A DNA stretch of 64,000 nucleotides, taken from assembly GCA_043826455.1 (NCBI GenBank), contig JBDRQD010000048.1:32001-96000 (forward strand), written 5' to 3'. This DNA comes from Candidatus Bathyarchaeota archaeon (GTDB lineage Archaea; Thermoproteota; Bathyarchaeia; TCS64). Positions within the stretch are counted from its first letter, which is position 1. Each line of letters starts with the position of its first letter. Below the pieces are notes generated by a model, which saw only the letters and a program-made list of their open reading frames with translations, made no database searches and was not told the DNA's origin. The position numbers and the translations under genes are program-made. Shown here piece after piece: positions 26,601 to 36,248 of this stretch.

Positions 26601-29600
26601 TTGATTGAAGTCCAGATGCCCCCGGCCTACAAGACGTACTTCAAAGAGTTAGAGGACAAGCTCAACAGCCTGTACGAGGTGGCGGAGGAGGCCCGGCTGA
26701 AAGGCCTGGACGCCGCCCTAAAGCCTGAGCCGGCGATAACCACGGACATCGCGGACCGGATCGAGAAGCTCATCGGTCCGCCGGGCATCACTCAGAGGAT
26801 GCGGGAGCTGGAGGGCATGGACCGCCAGGAGATGAGCTTCAAGATAGCCCAAGAGATAACGCTGGGCAGGTTCGGCTCCATGGAGCGGGAGAGAGCCGCG
26901 GACCAGGCCATCAGGACGGCCCTCGCCATCATGACCGAGGGAGTCACCATAGCCCCCATAGAGGGCATACCCAAGATCGTCATCAAACAGAACCCGGACC
27001 GCTCCGAGTATCTCAGCGTCTACTTCGCTGGCCCCATCAGGCCCGCCGGAGGAACCGCCCAGGCCCTCACCCTGGTCATCGCCGACGTCGTGCGGCGCTC
27101 CCTGGGGCTAGAAAAGTACCAGCCCAGCGAGGACGTCGTCAACAGGTTCATCGAGGAGGTTCGCATCTACGAGCGCAGCGTCAGACGGTTCCAGTACCAC
27201 GTCACCGACGAGGACCTGGAACTAGCCATGAAGCACATCCCCGTCGAGGCCACCGGCGTCTCCACCGACCCCTACGAGGCCTCTAACTACAGGGACGTCC
27301 CAGGAATCGAGACCAACAGGCTCAGGGGCGGCGCCCTTATAGTGGTCGTCGACGGCGTGGTCGGCCGCGCCCGCAAGCTCTGCGGTGTATGCGAGACCAT
27401 AGGCATAGATGGCTGGGACTGGCTCAACAAGCTGGGTAGGAAGAAGCCCAGCAACGGCGAGGAGGAGACCAGGAAGCCCACCGCGGCCTTCATGGAGGAG
27501 ATAATCGTGGGCCGCCCCGTGTTCAGCTTCCCCAACACCCCCGGCGGCTTCCGGCTCAGGTACGGCAGAGCCCGTACCACGGGGCTGGCCGCCTGCGGAG
27601 TCCACCCGGCCACCATGATCACCCTCAACGGCTTCATGACCACCGGCCTGCAGCTGAGGATAGAGCTGCCCGGCAAGTCAGCGGCCGTGTGCCCCGTGGA
27701 CACCATCGAGCCGCCCGTCGTACGCCTCAAGGACGGTAGCGTGGTGCGCGTGGACGACGAGGAGACGGCCCGCAGGGTCTACGACAGGGTTGACCGGATA
27801 CTGTTTAACGGCGATGTCCTCATCAACGCCGGGGACTTCATCCAGTTCAACCACCCGCTGCTGCCAGCCGGCTACGACGAGGATCAGTGGCGGTACGACA
27901 TTGAATTCGCCCTCGAGGCGCTCGGAGAGAAGCCTGTCGAGGAACTCACAGGGATCAGCGAGGAACGGATTCGTGGACTCCTGGGTGATTCCTCCGAGGC
28001 GCCGACGCCTGAGGAGGCCCTAGCCCTCACCAAGATAGATGCGCCCCTCCACCCCCGCTACACCTATGACTGGTCCAAGGTACCCATGCAGCGGCTGCTG
28101 AGCCTCAGGAACATGTTAGCCGAGGACTGGGGCGCCCCAGAGATAAAGCTGAGCCCTGAGGACAAGGAGGCCCTCGAGATTCTTCTGGTGCCCCACAAGA
28201 CGGAAAATGGCGGGGTGGTTCTGGAGGGGGCCGCCCCCATCCTTGAACGCTGCCTGGCCCTGGGCTCGAAGTACGTGGAGGCAAAGGAGGCTGAGCCCCT
28301 CGCCCAGGTGAACACATGGGCCGGCTTCAGGGTCATGGAGAAGGCCTACGTCTACGTGGGGGCCCGCATGGGCCGCCCCGAGAAAGCCAAGGAGAGGAAG
28401 ATGAACCCCTACGTCCACGGCCTGTTCCCCGTGGGCAACGCGGGTGGCCCCCAGAGGGACATCACCAGGGCCAGGCGCGGGGAGAAGGTCAGGGTCGAAC
28501 TGGCGCAGAGGGAGTGCCCAACGTGCGGCTACTACTCTACCACGCCGCTGTGCGAGAACTGCGGAGGCCTCACCAGGGTCACCAAGAAGTGCCCCCGGTG
28601 CAGGAGGCCCGTGGAGGGTGACAGGTGCCCAGCCTGCAACGTTGAACCCGTGATGTATGAGACGTTGGAGCTGGACCTCCGCGAGGAGCTGGAGAAGGCA
28701 CGCAGGCACGTAGGTGGCAGCATCCCTGACAGGATCAAGTGCGTCAAGAGGCTGATGAACAAGGCCAGGATGCCGGAGCACCTGGGCAAGGCCATACTCA
28801 GGGCCCGGTACGACCTCAGCGTGTTCAAGGACGGCACCCTACGGTACGACCTCACGGACATACCACTGACCCACTTCAAGCCCTCCGAGGTGGGGGTCCC
28901 AGTGGATAGGCTGCGTGAGCTGGGGTACACCCACGACGTGGACGGAGAACCCCTGACCCGGGGCAGCCAGATGCTGGAGCTTATGGTCCAGGACGTGGTT
29001 CTGCCCGAGGACTGTGGCGACTACCTGGTCAAGGCAGCCAGGTTCCTGGACGACGAGCTGCGCGACTTCTACAAGTTGGAGCCCTACTACAAGGTGGAGA
29101 ACAGGAACCAGCTGGTGGGCCACATAATTGTCGGGTTGGCGCCTCACACCTCCGCCTCCATAGTGGGCCGCCTCATAGGTTGGAGCAAGGTGAGGAACTG
29201 CTACGCCCACCCCTACTGGCACGCGGCCAAGCGCAGGAACTGCGACGGCGACGAGGACGCCGTGCTTTTAGCCCTGGACCCGCTGCTCAACTTCTCCAAG
29301 GCCTATCTCCCCGAGCAGAGTGGCGGCCTCATGGATGCGCCCCTATTCATAATACCCAACCTGAACCCCGAGGAGGTGGACAAGGAGAGCCACAACATGG
29401 ACGTCGTGGGCAGGTACCCGCCCGAGTTCTACGACATGACCATGAGGAGGGCCAAGCCGGGCGACTTCGAGGGACTGGTGGACACCCTGGGCGGCAGGCT
29501 GGGCACCCAGGCCCAGTACGCGGGCTTCAGCTACACCAAGGAGTGCAGCGACATCAACCTCGGAAGCCACCTCGGCGCCTACACCACCCTGCAGACTATG

Positions 29601-30026
29601 CTGGACAAGCTGGATAGCCAGCTGGACCTCACCAGGAAGCTGCGAGCCGTGGACGGCCAGACCGTAGCCCTGAAGATACTGAACAGCCACTTCATGAAGG
29701 ACATTGTCGGTAACCTCCGCGCCTTCACACGCCAGGGCTTCAGGTGCAGCAAATGCAACAAGAAGTTCAGGAGGCCCCCGCTGAAGGGCGGCTGCGACAG
29801 GTGCGGAGGCAACATAATCATGACGGTGCACAGGGGCGGGATAGAGAAGTACCTGGACCCCGCCGCCAAGATAGTGGACAAGTACAACCTGGGGGACTAC
29901 TACAGCGACAGGTTAGAGCTGGTGAGGGAGGAGCTGGACAGCATCTTCGTGGACGAGAAGCCCAAGGAGGATGAGCCCACCCAGTTTAACCTCACCGACT
30001 TCATGAGGCCCAAGGAGAAGAGGTAA
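26601..30026 (+). CDS. polC: DNA polymerase D large subunit DP2, no intein
   Basis: AGPIRPAGGTAQA, GGFRLRYGR, RMGRPEKA, KDGTLRYD, LAPHTS, KRRNCDGDED, C-terminal Zn finger. Confidence 0.97.
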   Translation: MIEVQMPPAYKTYFKELEDKLNSLYEVAEEARLKGLDAALKPEPAITTDIADRIEKLIGPPGITQRMRELEGMDRQEMSFKIAQEITLGRFGSMERERAADQAIRTALAIMTEGVTIAPIEGIPKIVIKQNPDRSEYLSVYFAGPIRPAGGTAQALTLVIADVVRRSLGLEKYQPSEDVVNRFIEEVRIYERSVRRFQYHVTDEDLELAMKHIPVEATGVSTDPYEASNYRDVPGIETNRLRGGALIVVVDGVVGRARKLCGVCETIGIDGWDWLNKLGRKKPSNGEEETRKPTAAFMEEIIVGRPVFSFPNTPGGFRLRYGRARTTGLAACGVHPATMITLNGFMTTGLQLRIELPGKSAAVCPVDTIEPPVVRLKDGSVVRVDDEETARRVYDRVDRILFNGDVLINAGDFIQFNHPLLPAGYDEDQWRYDIEFALEALGEKPVEELTGISEERIRGLLGDSSEAPTPEEALALTKIDAPLHPRYTYDWSKVPMQRLLSLRNMLAEDWGAPEIKLSPEDKEALEILLVPHKTENGGVVLEGAAPILERCLALGSKYVEAKEAEPLAQVNTWAGFRVMEKAYVYVGARMGRPEKAKERKMNPYVHGLFPVGNAGGPQRDITRARRGEKVRVELAQRECPTCGYYSTTPLCENCGGLTRVTKKCPRCRRPVEGDRCPACNVEPVMYETLELDLREELEKARRHVGGSIPDRIKCVKRLMNKARMPEHLGKAILRARYDLSVFKDGTLRYDLTDIPLTHFKPSEVGVPVDRLRELGYTHDVDGEPLTRGSQMLELMVQDVVLPEDCGDYLVKAARFLDDELRDFYKLEPYYKVENRNQLVGHIIVGLAPHTSASIVGRLIGWSKVRNCYAHPYWHAAKRRNCDGDEDAVLLALDPLLNFSKAYLPEQSGGLMDAPLFIIPNLNPEEVDKESHNMDVVGRYPPEFYDMTMRRAKPGDFEGLVDTLGGRLGTQAQYAGFSYTKECSDINLGSHLGAYTTLQTMLDKLDSQLDLTRKLRAVDGQTVALKILNSHFMKDIVGNLRAFTRQGFRCSKCNKKFRRPPLKGGCDRCGGNIIMTVHRGGIEKYLDPAAKIVDKYNLGDYYSDRLELVREELDSIFVDEKPKEDEPTQFNLTDFMRPKEKR

Positions 30027-30071
30027 GAAAACCTTATTATTCCAGCCCCGTGTACCCTTTGGCGAACAACT

Positions 30072-30245
30072 ATGAGCAAGAAAAAGAAGCAAAGCAGCGC
30101 CGGTATGCCTCAGAGCAGCGCCGGACTAATGAGGTTCTTCCAGGACGAGACGAACGGGGTCAAGATTCCGCCGGAGTTCGTGATTGGCGCTTCAGTGGTG
30201 CTCATAGCTGCAGTGGTACTCGCCCGGGTGTTCTTCCCTTTTTAG
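30072..30245 (+). CDS. secG: Preprotein translocase subunit Sec61beta (absent from ORF track)
   Basis: Hand translation: MSKKKKQSSAGMPQSSAGLMRFFQDETNGVKIPPEFVIGASVVLIAAVVLARVFFPF. Confidence 0.9.
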   Translation: MSKKKKQSSAGMPQSSAGLMRFFQDETNGVKIPPEFVIGASVVLIAAVVLARVFFPF

Positions 30246-30316
30246 AGCACCCGTCGGCTCCGAGGACGACGCAGCCTCACATTGTTCACATTTATCGCAT
30301 CTAAAGGAGCTCAAAG

Positions 30317-30619
30317 GTGGAGAGACAGATATCAAGCAGTGAACCCAGGAAGAGAAACGTGGTCATAATGGGCATTAAACCCATAATGAACTACGTGGTG
30401 GCCTGCCTGACCCTGTTCAACGCCGGCGCCGAGACGGTGCTCATAAGGGCCCGTGGCAAGCACATCAACAAGGCGGTAGACCTGGTGGAGCTCCTCAGGA
30501 GGGTGTTCCTCAAGGACGCCGTAATCAGGAACATCAGGGTGAGCACTGACAATTTAAAACGGGACGACGGCAATGAGGCCCACGTCTCCGTCATCGAGAT
30601 AACCCTCTCCCCCAGCTAA
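30317..30619 (+). CDS. albA: Alba DNA/RNA-binding protein
   Basis: GIKPIMNYV, IRARGKHINKAVD, VSVIEITL. Confidence 0.9.
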   Translation: MERQISSSEPRKRNVVIMGIKPIMNYVVACLTLFNAGAETVLIRARGKHINKAVDLVELLRRVFLKDAVIRNIRVSTDNLKRDDGNEAHVSVIEITLSPS

Positions 30620-30659
30620 GGCAGCCTTTTAAAGCCGAGAAACAGAGTTCAGAGGAAGG

Positions 30660-32003
30660 GTGTCAACTTTGACATATCCAAAGATAAAAGTAACACCGCC
30701 CGGCCCCAAGGCCAAGAAGATCGTTGAGAGGGACGCGGCGGTCATATCCCCCAGCTTCGGTAGAGCCTACCCCCTGGCAATAGAGCGAGGCGAGGGCAAC
30801 ATAGTCATCGACGTAGACGGCAACGAGTTCATAGACATGAACGCGGGCCTAGCCGTCTGCAATGTGGGCCACAGCCACCCCAAGGTGGTGAAAGCCATCA
30901 AGGACCAGGTGGACAAGTTCATCCACTACAGCTACACGGACTTCTACTACGACGACTACGTGAACCTGGGCGAGACCCTCCACGACCTGGTGCCGGGTAA
31001 ACACAAGAAAAAGTTCTTCTACGGCAACAGCGGCGCCGAGGCCATCGAGGCCGCCATAAAGGTGAGCCGCTGGCACAGCCAGAGGCAGGGCCTGCTAGCC
31101 TACATAGGCAGCTTCCACGGCCGCACCATGGGCGCCGTCAGCCTGACCGCGTCCAAGCCCTACCAGAGGCGCAGGTTCAGCCCCCTGGTGCCCGGCGTTG
31201 AGCACATCTTCTACCCGTACTGCTATAGGTGCCCGTTCCACCTGGAGTGCCCCAGCTGCAACTATGCCTGCGTAGACTACATCGACGAGTACCTGTTCCA
31301 CAAGTACGTGCCCGGAGAGGAGGTGGCCATGCTGCTGGCGGAGCCCATCCAGGGCGAGGGCGGCTACGTGGTGCCCCCCGACGGCTACTTCAAGAAGCTG
31401 AAGAAGCTGCTGGACGAGAATGGCATCCTGTTCGCCGTGGACGAGGTGCAGTCAGGCATCGGCCGCACGGGGAAGTGGTTCGCCATAGAGCACTGGGGCG
31501 TGGTGCCGGACATCGTGTGCATGGCTAAGGGCATCGCCGCGGGCATGCCGTTAGGCGTCATGGCGTCCCGGGCCGACATCCAGGACTGGACACCGGGCAG
31601 CCACGCATCCACCTTCGGCGGCAACCCGGTGAGCTGCGCCGCGGCCCTGGCTGTCATCGACATCATCAAGTCGGAGAAGCTGCTGGAGAACGCCCAGAGA
31701 GAGGGCGGTTACATCAAGAAGCGGCTGGAGGAGATGATGGAGAAGCACCCCATGATAGGTGACGTCCGAGGCAAGGGCCTCATGGTGGGCGTGGAGCTGG
31801 TGAAGGACAAGGACAGCAAGGAGTACGCCAGGAAGGAGACGGAGGACGTGATGATGGAGTGCTTCAGGCAGGGACTGGCTATCGTCAACTGCGGCGTCAA
31901 CGTCATCCGTTGGATGCCCCCACTGACCATAACCCGGGACCTGGTGGAGCCCAGCCTGGAGATATTCGAGAGGAGCCTCAGCAAGGTGGAGAAGGGCAAA
32001 TAA
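30660..32003 (+). CDS. Class III PLP aminotransferase (4-aminobutyrate/acetylornithine family)
   Basis: NSGAEA, FHGRT, EPIQGEGG, DEVQSG, MAKG, HASTFGGN. Confidence 0.92.
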   Translation: MSTLTYPKIKVTPPGPKAKKIVERDAAVISPSFGRAYPLAIERGEGNIVIDVDGNEFIDMNAGLAVCNVGHSHPKVVKAIKDQVDKFIHYSYTDFYYDDYVNLGETLHDLVPGKHKKKFFYGNSGAEAIEAAIKVSRWHSQRQGLLAYIGSFHGRTMGAVSLTASKPYQRRRFSPLVPGVEHIFYPYCYRCPFHLECPSCNYACVDYIDEYLFHKYVPGEEVAMLLAEPIQGEGGYVVPPDGYFKKLKKLLDENGILFAVDEVQSGIGRTGKWFAIEHWGVVPDIVCMAKGIAAGMPLGVMASRADIQDWTPGSHASTFGGNPVSCAAALAVIDIIKSEKLLENAQREGGYIKKRLEEMMEKHPMIGDVRGKGLMVGVELVKDKDSKEYARKETEDVMMECFRQGLAIVNCGVNVIRWMPPLTITRDLVEPSLEIFERSLSKVEKGK

Positions 32004-32169
32004 ACCCCTCTTTTTCATGTGTCGGACAGGGTTGCCGGTTAAGGGACTCCTTCCGCCCTCTATTTTATGACTGAAAAAATCGCTATAATAGGGTACCACC
32101 CCTACCTTTTTCACACTTACAGTCGGGTCTCTCTGAGCCAAGGAAACGTATCGGCGGAGAGAGGTGAGT

Positions 32170-33678
32170 TTACTCCCGCTCCACCACGATCTTTGTGAAG
32201 GCTCCGCTGCTTACCTGTATGAGGCCGTCGAAGGGCTCCCGGACGTTCATGTACTCCAGCCTCACCTGAGCCCCCGCGGTCAGGTCCATGGCCTTCTCAG
32301 CGTGGTCTCTCCACAGGCTCACCCTGGCCTCCCCTGTGCCGTCGTCGATCCTGAAGTTGGCTACGGTGGCGGGGCCTCGGACCGTGTCTATGTCGCGTTG
32401 AACGGGGTCGTCCAGGAGCTGGCCGCGGACGGTGACGTTCCTCTGGTCCTCCCTGAGGTCTACGATGGGCGTGATCTTGCGCTCCAGCTCGGGGAGCTCC
32501 ACCTCCAAGTCGTCGGGGTCTATGTGGACCCTGCCGTTGCGGCCCGCGTTGAGGTCTATGCCCTGGAACCCGGCGCGGGTGTACCCGTTCTCCACTACGA
32601 TGATGCTCCCGGACTCGATGTTCGCGGTGAGGTCCACGTCGTCGTCCCAGAGGCTGAGCCTGACGGTGCCCGTGCCGTCCTCCAAGAGCACCGAGACCAC
32701 CCGGCCCTCGGTGCCGTCCCTCCTGATGAACCCGCGGGTCTCACCCACCTGGGTGGCTAGTGCGGCCACGTTGACGCTGCTCATGCCCTCCTTGAGGTCC
32801 CCGATCTTGGTCCAGTGGGGCACAGGCTCCTTGGGTTTGACGCCCCGGGCCACCACCTGGATCTGGGTGTCCCAGCTCACGTGGACCTCGGGACCGCCCT
32901 GGTTCCCGGTCCGCGTGTTACCTGAGATGACCCTGACCCGTGACCCCGGCTCCAGGCCCCCGAACTCATCAACCTTGTCGTCCCAGAGCACCAAGTTGAT
33001 GCGTGCGCCGCCCTCCTCGATGACCACCCGGCTCACCTTACCCTCGGAGCCGTCCTGCCTGCTGAAGGTGTTGGTGGGGAAGCTGTCCACCACCACTCCC
33101 TGGAGGTGTACGGTGCCCTCGCCGAAAACGTCGGCCGGGGTGTGGAAGAACGTCTCCAGCTTGGGGCAGTCCTCCTCGTAGGCGTCCAGGGGGTTCAGTA
33201 TCAACTGGCCCCTGTTGCCCATGTTAACCTCTATGTTCCCCCGCCGCTCCCTGCTGTACCCGTGGAGCACCCTGACGATGGTGCCGGGCTCCAGCTTGCT
33301 GGCCTCCACGTGGTCGGCCTTCTCGTCCCAGAACACCACGGTGACCGTCCCTGACTTGTCCCCCAGTATCATGCGCAGCACCTTGCCCTTCCTCTGGCTG
33401 TCTCTGTCGAAGCTGCGGCTGGGGAATATGTGGAGGACTCGGCCGGTGAGGCTCACGTCGCTGAGGTTGGTGGTCAGGTCACCTATCTTGAGTTTGGCCT
33501 CTATCCGCTCCCCTGCGCCGTTGATGCCCAGGTTGCTGGCCACCAGGTGAGCCGCGGCCTCAGCCGTTAGTAGCCCCGCGGCCTTGGCCCGCTCCTCCTC
33601 TATCATCTTCTGGACTGCCTCCTTGGTGATGTTGGGCTTCAAGGCCAGTATGCGTTTAATGATCTCTTCGGTGGACAT
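32170..33678 (-). CDS. rpa: Replication protein A (four OB folds)
   Basis: N-terminal LLTAEAAAHLVA helix domain; four OB folds with DxT/SG..V/L.(F/L)W signatures. Confidence 0.85.
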   Translation of the reverse strand: MSTEEIIKRILALKPNITKEAVQKMIEEERAKAAGLLTAEAAAHLVASNLGINGAGERIEAKLKIGDLTTNLSDVSLTGRVLHIFPSRSFDRDSQRKGKVLRMILGDKSGTVTVVFWDEKADHVEASKLEPGTIVRVLHGYSRERRGNIEVNMGNRGQLILNPLDAYEEDCPKLETFFHTPADVFGEGTVHLQGVVVDSFPTNTFSRQDGSEGKVSRVVIEEGGARINLVLWDDKVDEFGGLEPGSRVRVISGNTRTGNQGGPEVHVSWDTQIQVVARGVKPKEPVPHWTKIGDLKEGMSSVNVAALATQVGETRGFIRRDGTEGRVVSVLLEDGTGTVRLSLWDDDVDLTANIESGSIIVVENGYTRAGFQGIDLNAGRNGRVHIDPDDLEVELPELERKITPIVDLREDQRNVTVRGQLLDDPVQRDIDTVRGPATVANFRIDDGTGEARVSLWRDHAEKAMDLTAGAQVRLEYMNVREPFDGLIQVSSGAFTKIVVERE

Positions 33679-33718
33679 GGGGACTCAGAATGGATAGGGT
33701 CGAAGATGCGTAATAAAT

Positions 33719-33841
33719 CTACTTGGTCCGGGCCTTCTTGGCCTCTGTGGCGTACATGTAGGCGAAGGCTAGGGCAAAGGCGGTGAACCCCAGGAGCAGT
33801 ATGAGCACCCGGACCCAGTTGAAGAGCACCGGTAAAGTCAT
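33719..33841 (-). CDS. Small single-TM protein, 40 aa (absent from ORF track)
   Basis: MTLPVLFNWVRVLILLLGFTAFALAFAYMYATEAKKARTK; genome-like codons; TATA-like element about 25 bp upstream. Confidence 0.6.
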   Translation of the reverse strand: MTLPVLFNWVRVLILLLGFTAFALAFAYMYATEAKKARTK

Positions 33842-33880
33842 CAGCAACACTGAACCCCGCTTATCTATTTAGGTTTAGCC

Positions 33881-34300
33881 CTAGTCCATCACCGAGTACC
33901 GTTTCCAGATGCCTGTCAGCTCCCTATAAGCCTCATCGTCCTCCAGGATGGTGTCGTAGTGGCTGATAGCCTCGGCCAGCCTCTGAGCCAGCACGTGGTA
34001 GCAGAGGGCCACCTCCTGGTCCAGGACCCTGAAGTAGAAGTCGCTGCAGCTGCAGTACCCGGCGTGGGGGTAGATCATGTACTCGGCGTTGTTACCCACG
34101 GCTATCCACAGCTCGCGGCCGCTGGGCCTGAAAACGTACCTCTTCACACGGTTCTCGGTGACCAGCCTCCACGCCCTTGTGAACCTGTTTCCGAAGGTCC
34201 TGCGGAGTCTCTGCCAGTTGAGCCTGCTGATCTCCTTCTCGGTGCGCAGCTCCCGCAGTATCTGCTCTAGAACCAGGTGCTCCTGGGTGGGCTCGGCCAT
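33881..34300 (-). CDS. SWIM zinc-finger protein
   Basis: YCSCSDF...CYHVLA (CxC...CxH). Confidence 0.85.
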   Translation of the reverse strand: MAEPTQEHLVLEQILRELRTEKEISRLNWQRLRRTFGNRFTRAWRLVTENRVKRYVFRPSGRELWIAVGNNAEYMIYPHAGYCSCSDFYFRVLDQEVALCYHVLAQRLAEAISHYDTILEDDEAYRELTGIWKRYSVMD

Positions 34301-34388
34301 CAATGATACCTGCGCTTCACCCCTCATTACTCTTTTCCAGGGCCCCGGGCCTCATGATTTAAATTCCTTGGCACTGGGAGACACCTGT

Positions 34389-35231
34389 ATGATCCGTCTG
34401 CTGACGCCCCACCCGGCCCTCATGGTGGAGATCGGTGAGAGGGTGATGCTGGCGGCGGATCTGCACCTGGGCATGGAGTACGACCTGGCTAAGCAGGGCA
34501 TCAGCATCCCCTACCAGTGGAGTAGGATGCTGGACGAGCTCATGGTGCTCCTGGAGGAGCACAGGCCCGACAGGCTGGTGCTTCTGGGGGACGTGAAGCA
34601 CGGGGTGCCGGCCACCAGCTTCCAGGAGAGGAGGGAGATTCCTGGCTTCTTCGAGACACTCCTGGGGGCCGTGGAGGAGATTGATGTCACCCGGGGCAAC
34701 CACGACGCCAACATTCAGCAGTTCCTACCCAAGGAGGTGCATCTACACAGCAGCAAGGGCATCATGTTTGGGGAAGGTTTCAGGGTGGCTGCCATGCACG
34801 GCCACGCCTGGCCTCCACCCGAGTCCGCGGCCGCTGACTGCATGATTATGGCCCATAACCACCCCACCGTGCTGCTGAACACGCCCCTAGGCATCAAGAT
34901 CAGCCAGAGAGCATGGGTCAGGGGCGTCTGCGACCAAGCGAACCTGGCCAGGGCCTTCCTGGAACAAGACAACGTCATGGCTGAGGGTAACCCGGTGGCC
35001 GAGTTCAGGGACAGGTACGAGGTGGAGCCCGGGTGCCCCGAGATCATCATCATGCCCATGTTCAACGATCTCCTGGGCGGGCTGCCGGTGAACGCGGAGT
35101 CCCCCAAGAGCCTCCTTGGGCCCCTCTTCAGGACCGATGCCGTGAACATGGAGGGCTTCGACGTGTACCTCCTGGACGGCACCTACGTGGGCAAGGTGGG
35201 CTTCCTGCGGCGGCGCCTAGAGAGTGTGTAG
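34389..35231 (+). CDS. Calcineurin-like metallophosphoesterase
   Basis: DLHLG, GDVKH, GNHD, HGH, AHNHP. Confidence 0.9.
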   Translation: MIRLLTPHPALMVEIGERVMLAADLHLGMEYDLAKQGISIPYQWSRMLDELMVLLEEHRPDRLVLLGDVKHGVPATSFQERREIPGFFETLLGAVEEIDVTRGNHDANIQQFLPKEVHLHSSKGIMFGEGFRVAAMHGHAWPPPESAAADCMIMAHNHPTVLLNTPLGIKISQRAWVRGVCDQANLARAFLEQDNVMAEGNPVAEFRDRYEVEPGCPEIIIMPMFNDLLGGLPVNAESPKSLLGPLFRTDAVNMEGFDVYLLDGTYVGKVGFLRRRLESV

Positions 35232-35357
35232 GGAGCGGCTACATACACTGTCTTTTAGATGCAGACGCGGAGGATCAAATAGCTCAAAGGGTATGCCGAG
35301 AGCTAAGCCAAAACCACTGCCGAAAAGCCATTGGGGCCCGGAAGGGCCCTCCTTCCA

Positions 35358-36245
35358 CTAAACTTCTCCGAAGTGCCTGTAGCACGCGTGGCAGCGGCTC
35401 GCGTAGCCTCCGCTTGCTTGGAAACCGTCCCTTATCCTCGTGAGCCTGTCATCCTTCCAGGCTCTCGCGAGTATCTGCTCCAGGGACTCGTCGCGTAGGT
35501 TGCCCAGAACAGCGTCCTCTCTGCACCCAAGGGGCCCGCAGCAGGGGAGAACGTCGCCGCCCGGGGTGACGCCGATGTCCGCGAGAGCGGACTCGCATCG
35601 AATAGTCGCCGCCTCAAGGAGCTCAACAACCGCATCAGGTGTGATGCACCCGCCTCTGCCGATAGGAGTGAAGGGTGTCTCCATGGCCAGGGCCGATGGG
35701 TTAGGCTTTCGTGGCTCACCCAGCACCTGTATGTCGGGGTCACCCATGAGATTGGACAGTGAGCCAGCCGTTATCCTACTGCCATTCCTCGTGGCCACCA
35801 TAAAGACAGGTTTTACGCCCAGCATCTTGACCGCGCTGAAGCAGTGCCTCACCCGCTCCAATGGGATGTGCTCTTGGTGGAAGTCGTCCACGCTCATGTT
35901 CAGGGCCGTCAAACCGGCTTCAGACAGCGGCCTTAGGGTCTCTGCGGCGGCTTCCGTCGTCGTCGCCCAGCTGCAGTTGGTGACGACCTCCGTGTAGAAG
36001 CCCTTCTCAGAGGCGTATCGGACCAAACCGAGCAGGAGGCGGGGCTCCAGAAAGGGCTCTCCTCCGGTGAAGCTCACCCAGTGGGCGCCAAGGCCCTTTG
36101 ACTGGTCTATAGCCTTCTCGGCTGTGGCCTGAGGCATGGTCTCTGTTCTGTCCGGGCCGCAGCTGAACCAGCAGTGGCCGCATGCAACGTTGCACCTGTC
36201 TGTGAGAAGCAGGCCGACGCGGAAAAGAGAGGGAGAAATTGGCAT
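35358..36245 (-). CDS. Radical SAM protein with SPASM/twitch domain
   Basis: CNVACGHC, TGGEP, GDVLPCC, C-terminal CHAC. Confidence 0.9.
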   Translation of the reverse strand: MPISPSLFRVGLLLTDRCNVACGHCWFSCGPDRTETMPQATAEKAIDQSKGLGAHWVSFTGGEPFLEPRLLLGLVRYASEKGFYTEVVTNCSWATTTEAAAETLRPLSEAGLTALNMSVDDFHQEHIPLERVRHCFSAVKMLGVKPVFMVATRNGSRITAGSLSNLMGDPDIQVLGEPRKPNPSALAMETPFTPIGRGGCITPDAVVELLEAATIRCESALADIGVTPGGDVLPCCGPLGCREDAVLGNLRDESLEQILARAWKDDRLTRIRDGFQASGGYASRCHACYRHFGEV

Positions 36246-36248
36246 GGC

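Noticed and set aside
26601..30026. Intein in DP2
   Set aside because: The length (1141 aa) and contiguous KRRNCDGDED motif indicate no insertion.
30050..30304. 84-aa ORF from the track
   Set aside because: Wrong frame; the real gene is Sec61beta at 30072-30245.
35333..35350. GGGCCC-GGAA-GGGCCC hairpin as SRP RNA helix 8
   Set aside because: Lacks the internal loops and the ~300-nt context; probably a simple hairpin between convergent genes.
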